Shown here piece after piece: positions 42,801 through 64,000 of a DNA stretch of 64,000 bases. The notes under the pieces were generated by a model. It had not been told where the DNA came from, did not search any database, and saw only the letters and a program-made list of their open reading frames with translations. The DNA comes from Chrysomallon squamiferum (lineage: Eukaryota; Animalia; Mollusca), in NCBI GenBank assembly GCA_012295275.1, contig CM022678.1, positions 806,001 to 870,000 on the forward strand, read 5' to 3'. Every line of letters begins with the position of its first letter. Within the stretch, counting starts at the first letter, position 1. The position numbers and the translations under genes are program-made.

Positions 42801-43695
42801 TAATTATTAAGAAATATCAACAACAATATTATATATGAATTAATGTAATGTCAATTTTAATTATTCAGAAGTTTACTCATGTTGATACTAAATATGAAAT
42901 AATTTTAATTATTCAGAATTGTTTACACATGTTGATACTAAATATGAAATAATTTTAATTATTCAGAATTGTTTACACATGTTTATAGTAAATATGAAAT
43001 AATTTTAATTATTCAGAACTGTTTACACATGATGTGGTTACTAAATATGAAAAGTACTGATTTTATTTTTGAAATTTACCAATATATGGATCCCTCTTCC
43101 GCCATCTTCTCAAACGCACGTGCAACTGCACGCTGTTCTTTCGTGAGGTTTCTGTTGAGGTCGATGCCAAATTTACTGTTCAAGTATTCAATACACAGAG
43201 CAGAGTCAGCCACAACGTCGTCATTGTACTGTATCCACGGCGTATTTCCTTTAGATGACATTTTGAATGAGTGAACTGACTTGAAAAATACAACAACAAA
43301 TATAAAATAAGAAATCACACACACACACACACACACACACTTTCACTTTCCTTTAGATGACATTTTGAATGAGTGAATCAACTTGAAAAAATATAATAAA
43401 AATATAAAACACAATAAGAAATCACACACAAACACACACACACACAGACACACACATTACACACACACAAATACACAGACACACACAAACATACACAGAC
43501 ACACACATTTAAGATAACACAGTTTTTAGTTGAGTAGTTTTGTCTGTCACCTGATAAGGTATTTTCGCCATTCTCAGGTAAGTTTCTAACTTGAGAGGGA
43601 AGGGTGACATGCTGGGAGCGTACGGACCACGCCCAATTTGACGCAGAATAACCACATCACGTGGGTTCGAATCCTCTGTACTGCTGAAAAATATA

Positions 43696-43727
<32 letters not shown>

Positions 43728-43866
43728 AACAACAACAACAACAACAACAGAATAACAGTAATAGCAATAATAAGTTCTGTAGTTTCAAGTAGAAGTGTTT
43801 AATACAAGTCAACTGATTGACAGAGATTGAAAGAAGCATGCATGTGTATATGAATGAAAAATAAAC

Positions 43867-43934
<68 letters not shown>

Positions 43935-44343
43935 GGCGGACCTGCTCTTCTGGGGCTATGAAGTTTGAACAGTTGTGGGGGGAGGTCCTTCACCATCAGC
44001 AACAACGTCTGGCTAAACTATCTCTTATCATCTGTTATGGAAATGTTCCAAGCAGATTTTTAATTTTTTAAAAAACGTTCACGCATGACCGCTTCTGATT
44101 AACGTTTTGACGACAGTTTGGGATCAGGGGCTGTGAAGCTGAAACTTCGTTATTCACGAAACGCAGATCCGTCCCTGCACACACTGCGCGAGAAAAACGA
44201 AAACGAACTCAACGAGAAGAAAAGTGACTGCACCTTTTTCCGACGAGCTTGTTTACAGCAGCGATGACGACAGATGCAGCTACCACTCCGCCTGCAATGT
44301 ACAGCGTCCTGTGAGTCGCGTCCAGCTGGCTGAAGGCGTCCAT
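39828..44343 (-). CDS. FAXC: FAX/FAXC homolog, paralog B, 6 exons, about 299 aa
   Basis: Exons 44343-44234, 43683-43551, 43279-43080, 42317-42118, 41663-41547, 39967-39828; same phases and motifs as paralog A. Confidence 0.9.
39990..41400 (-). repeat. Array (about 16 copies, about 85 bp) of the FAX-B terminal-exon acceptor plus exon start
   Basis: Minus-strand unit (gtt)n-ttttacag/aaaagttcactaatctggtagactactgtgagagaatgaagac-(tac)n; many small indels. Confidence 0.9.
43931..44150 (+). mobile_element. Possible non-autonomous DNA transposon fragment in FAX-B intron 1
   Basis: Begins CAGTGGCGGA, a terminus type seen in hAT-like MITEs, directly after (CA)n; G-rich subterminal segment; no second TIR identified. 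Confidence 0.25.
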
Positions 44344-44649
44344 TGCTGAAAAGTGCAGCGTCGCTGATAACGTCGTGATACAATCTGCCTGCAGCCTCCG
44401 ACCTTCACCTAGTTCTTATCTCTCGCGTCACTGCACGATTTGCTCTACCTGACACTGTGTTAACCTTTGACCCCTGACTGCCATTAACTATACAGTGAAT
44501 AAAACACCATTACCACTGGTTCTGTTGATACTGCTATTTTACCACTACTGCTGCTACGCTGTCACTACTACCACAGCTACAACTACAGCCATGACTGCAG
44601 CTACTGATACTATTACTATTACAACCTCTACTTTTACTTTTGATGTAGG

Positions 44650-44760
44650 TACAGTGGAACCTGTTTTTAGCGGACACCTACAATGTACGGACACTTTTCT
44701 GTCCCGATTGTTTTTTTAACTGATAGGTCAGCGGTCACCCACTGAACGTGGACATCACTG
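44650..44760 (+). mobile_element. Possible Tc1/mariner (pogo/Tigger-like) terminal fragment
   Basis: TA followed by CAGTGGAACCTG...agcggacacc...acggacact, resembling TcMar-type TIRs; partner end not found. Confidence 0.3.
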
Positions 44761-45232
44761 TTTAAAATTATTATTCCATTCTAAAGGCAGAAAGTCATAT
44801 CGATTTGAATTTATTTTCTCAATATGTTTTTTTTTTTTTTTTTTTTTTTTTCTTTTTATCGCCCGCAGACAATGTTGTGCTTGTCGAATCACGATAAATG
44901 CAGTCGTAAACCCATTTGATATATAACTTTATTAGTCAGTCATTCGACGTCATTTCATACATATTTATGTGTTAGCGGACTGCAAAGGTCGAAACGATGA
45001 TGCGGCTGACACAAACCGGAGCTGCATGTGCATTTCAAACAGGTATTAAGCTGATCCGTCTCTGCACAGAATAACACTTTTTAATATCTGATCGCTGCAT
45101 TAATATCTAAACGTGTGGAGTGGCGTCCTTGACCTGGATGATTGCAGTAACAAACAACTCCAGCATTTATAATCTTAGGTGATTTGCATTATGAATAAAA
45201 CATGAATTATATACACTGCGAAGATATGTAGA

Positions 45233-45275
<43 letters not shown>

Positions 45276-45931
45276 AACGATTGAATAAACTACTACTAAT
45301 AATAATAACAGTAGTAGTAGTAGTAGTAGTAGTAACAACAAACAAAGAGAAAAGATCAATATGAAAATTTATTAAAATTAATATCCTTAACAAAACAATG
45401 TAATACATCCATAATTAAAATATAACACGTCAGTCTATATGACGTCATTATTAATGTTTAGTTACCTATTAGTTCAATGGCTGATTTACTATGACGACGT
45501 ATGACCTTATTTCTATGACAACAGACGTATAACGTTATTAATAAATTAGTAATTGACCAATAAAATAACTACTAGCGACCCATGTAACAAATTACTACTA
45601 ACAGTTATGGGTATCTGAATAATTACGTAAATACTAATGTAATGAGGTATGACGTTTGTCTATAATAAACAATTGAGCAAAAATGTTTTTATTGCAATCA
45701 GAAACTGATGTATAAATTTGCTATGACGCTGCGCAGACAGCTGTTATAAATGATGACATAATAATTAATTTGATATCGTACTCTATTTACTACAGTTGTT
45801 TATATATATATATGTATATATTTGTTCTGCTGTCTGGCCAGTCACGCTCAAATCAGCACTGCTGTACGTTTCACTGTTACACTGTAGAGATTTTACACAA
45901 GCGAACGACGTCATCATTTATTAATATCTTT

Positions 45932-50088
<4,157 letters not shown>

Positions 50089-50739
50089 GACGCTCGAACT
50101 GGAGTTAGCGTGAAACACAAAGAGACGGGCGCCATCGAGCGACTGCTCAGTAGTATGATGAGTACAACACGTCAAACCGTTTTAACCTTTCGAAAAGTAA
50201 TAAATAAATAAATAAATAAATAAATAAAAGCGAGGTAAAACATACACACATACAACGACAACAATAACTATAACAACAACAACAACAATAATAATAACGC
50301 AATACGATTATTACTACTATTACTAGTTTTATTATTATTACAATTACAGTCACTAATACTAATACTATTACTACAACTACTACTGCTATTACTAGTAGTA
50401 TTGCTATTAGTATTGCTACTACCGCTACCACTACAACTACTGCTGCTTCTAATACTGCTACAACCACTATTACTGTTATAGCTAGTATCGCTACCAATAA
50501 TACTAATAATGAATGAGCTGTTTGTTTGTTTGTTTACTGTTTCACTACTTTATATAATTATAAGCCTCGTTAGCATTTGTCAATTATTATTAATTTCAGT
50601 ATATATAATAACGAGTATTATATCAAATCACGTGTTAGTGATTACATTGTTTTGTTTTTCTGTGTTCTAACATAGTAATAGCCACACAAAAAGACAAACA
50701 CACAAACAGACACATAAAGAAATAAATAAATGTAAACCT

Positions 50740-51750
50740 GACATGGAGACATACATACACATATAAACATACATACATAAACTAGACATACTGAAACAAA
50801 CAGACATAGAAAGACATATAAACATACAGAAACATTCAAAGTCATACAGGCATACATAGACATACAGACACATACAGACATACACAGATACAGACACATA
50901 CACACATACACATACAGACACACATACACACACACATACAGACAGAGACATTCAGACAGACATACATACAGACATACAGATATACATACAGGCATATATA
51001 CAGATATACAGATATACAGAGACATACAGAGACATACAGATATATACAAACACATACAGATATCCAGAGATATACAAACACACATACAGATATCCAGAGA
51101 TATACAGACACATACAGAGACATACAGAGACATACAGACATACAGACACATACAGAGACATACAGACACATACAGGACATACAGACACATACAGATATAC
51201 AGAGACATACAGATATATAGACAGACACATACAGATACAGACATACAGATGACAGAGACATACAGACACATACAGATACAGACACATACAGGCATACAGA
51301 CACATACACAGATGACACAGACACATACAGACATACAGACACATACAGATATACAGACATACAGACATACAGACACATATACAGATATACAGAGACATAC
51401 AGACATATACAGACATACAGAGACATACAGACACATACAGAGACATACAGACACATACAGACACATACACAGAGACATACAGACACATACAGAGACATAC
51501 AGACACATACAGATATACAGAGACATACAGACATATACAGACACATACAGACATACAGAGATATACAGAGACATATATACAGACATACAGACACAGACAT
51601 ACAGACACATACAGATATACAGATATACAGATATACAGAGACATACAGACACATACAGAGACATACAGACATACAGAGACATACGCAAGGACATAGACAC
51701 ATGCAGACAGATTCCTAACGTCAGAGTTTAGACATTTGTTCGACATACAG
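50740..51750. repeat. Degenerate (ACATACAG)-based compound satellite between FAX-C and the CUB gene
   Basis: About 1 kb of acatacag/agacatac variants; source of spurious C/V/M/Y-rich ORFs. Confidence 0.85.
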
Positions 51751-51905
51751 ACTTTGTTCTTTGATAAACACTGTCATCTTGACAGACTTTATCAAAATAC
51801 GCTAGTCACAAATACACACATTTTATAGTCACATGGTAATCATTAGATATAAATACACACCAGACACATACAGCTGTAACACCAAGTAATCACTAGTTAC
51901 AAATA

Positions 51906-51980
<75 letters not shown>

Positions 51981-52478
51981 CTCACACACACACACACAAA
52001 CATGTTCAATGTATTCACACACACATACAAACATGTTCAATAACATACAGACATACTAACATACGTACATACGCAGAAACACATTCACAGATACTCACGT
52101 TTTAATAGGATGATACTTAGAAAGGGCTTTTAAAAAGGTTATCTCAAGTTGTATTGCGTGTCGCGCCTATACGCAATAAACCTGTGATTCAGAGATTAAA
52201 ATAAAGGACACGTGATGTTATTTATACTCAGCCTGTTGAGCTGATTGACGTGAATTACTCTCACATGTTGGTTTTGTGATACGAAACTAGGTCAAGTGCA
52301 CTCAGAACTGTAGCACACCTGTATTTTACCTGAGTTTCACCTGTAAGTTACTTCTGTTTTACCTGAATGCTGCCCGTGTCGTACTGAGTCACCGTCACGT
52401 TTAAAATGAATGGCGTCGTTTAGACAACAGGACGCAAGAACGACACAACACTGTGATTAGTTGATGTGGACGTGAGAC

Positions 52479-63124
<10,646 letters not shown>

Positions 63125-63150
63125 TGACGTCATACACATACGTACGTACA

Positions 63151-63188
<38 letters not shown>

Positions 63189-64000
63189 AATTACACATAT
63201 GGTATTAAAATCATACATCAAACGTACTGAATTAAGTTAGCCACACACAACGGCAAACGTAGACATAATACTAAACATCCGCTTCAGTGCGCATGCGTGC
63301 TTAGTTTTATTGTTACACCTCCTGTGTGATTTGTAAAATAACTGACACATACTAAATCACAGATGCATTAACATAATGTATTTAGTAACATTTTAGCACG
63401 CTAACCAATAATGTATTTGTGACGTCATTTAAATAAAATACATATGAGCAAACTATTTTTTTAATACTAACCACAAAAACGTTTGAACAATTTTTAGATT
63501 ATTTTTAACCCTGTAGTGTGTCTGGGTTTGCTCCATATTATTCCAGATAATGTTTGTTTCAGAAAGAAACATCGTGTGTAGATAGTTATAGGAAAAACGA
63601 GCTGTATGTATGCGGTTGTGTTTGTGATATTCCGGTATAGTGAAAACATTCCACAGTATACTTTTATATGTTGGTTTATCTGTACGCAAAATTATAGATA
63701 TCTTTGTATCATTATAACTGAAATTAGCATGATTAATATTACATTTCCTGATTTGAAAACGACCAATGAAAGGACAACGTTGTTTATTTTTCACAAATTA
63801 AATAAACAAATACGTAAATAAATATTACAACTGTGTCTGTTTTGTTGATTTTCAGAGTAATCATTTACTAACACATCTTTACTTTCTTCTGTAGTCATCT
63901 CGTTTCTGAGTTTCTCACAGCCTGTTAGTATATCACAACCTGTCTGTTAGTATATCACAACCTGTTAGTATCACACAACCTGACTGTTAGTATATCACAA

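Noticed and set aside
50642-51746. 264-352 aa Cys-rich ORFs resembling metallothionein or keratin-associated proteins
   Set aside because: Open in several frames of a degenerate 8-bp satellite; no splice or codon evidence.

Overview
Eukaryotic animal genomic DNA: AT-rich, dense in microsatellites and minisatellites, with GT-AG introns. The gene families suggest a lophotrochozoan, probably a mollusc (inference). In order, the window holds: (1) three intronless, nAChR-like Cys-loop receptor genes (2.6-10.4 kb) with cation-type GEK/GEH pores but no acetylcholine aromatic box or loop-C vicinal cysteines; (2) three unrecognised small single-pass membrane protein genes (12.3-17.7 kb), one with PxIxIT- and RVxF-type phosphatase docking motifs; (3) three six-exon FAX/FAXC (metaxin/GST-like) paralogs on the minus strand, interrupted by a 12-exon sphingosine-1-phosphate lyase-like gene on the plus strand; (4) a 14-exon type I membrane protein with 4 CUB domains, two PPxY motifs and a C-terminal ETDV PDZ ligand. 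The most striking structural feature is that many tandem arrays are amplified copies of the genes' own splice junctions or stop codons, creating rows of pseudo-acceptors, pseudo-donors and potential cassette or poison microexons. Gene models were built by hand and checked for frame; none has transcript support here.
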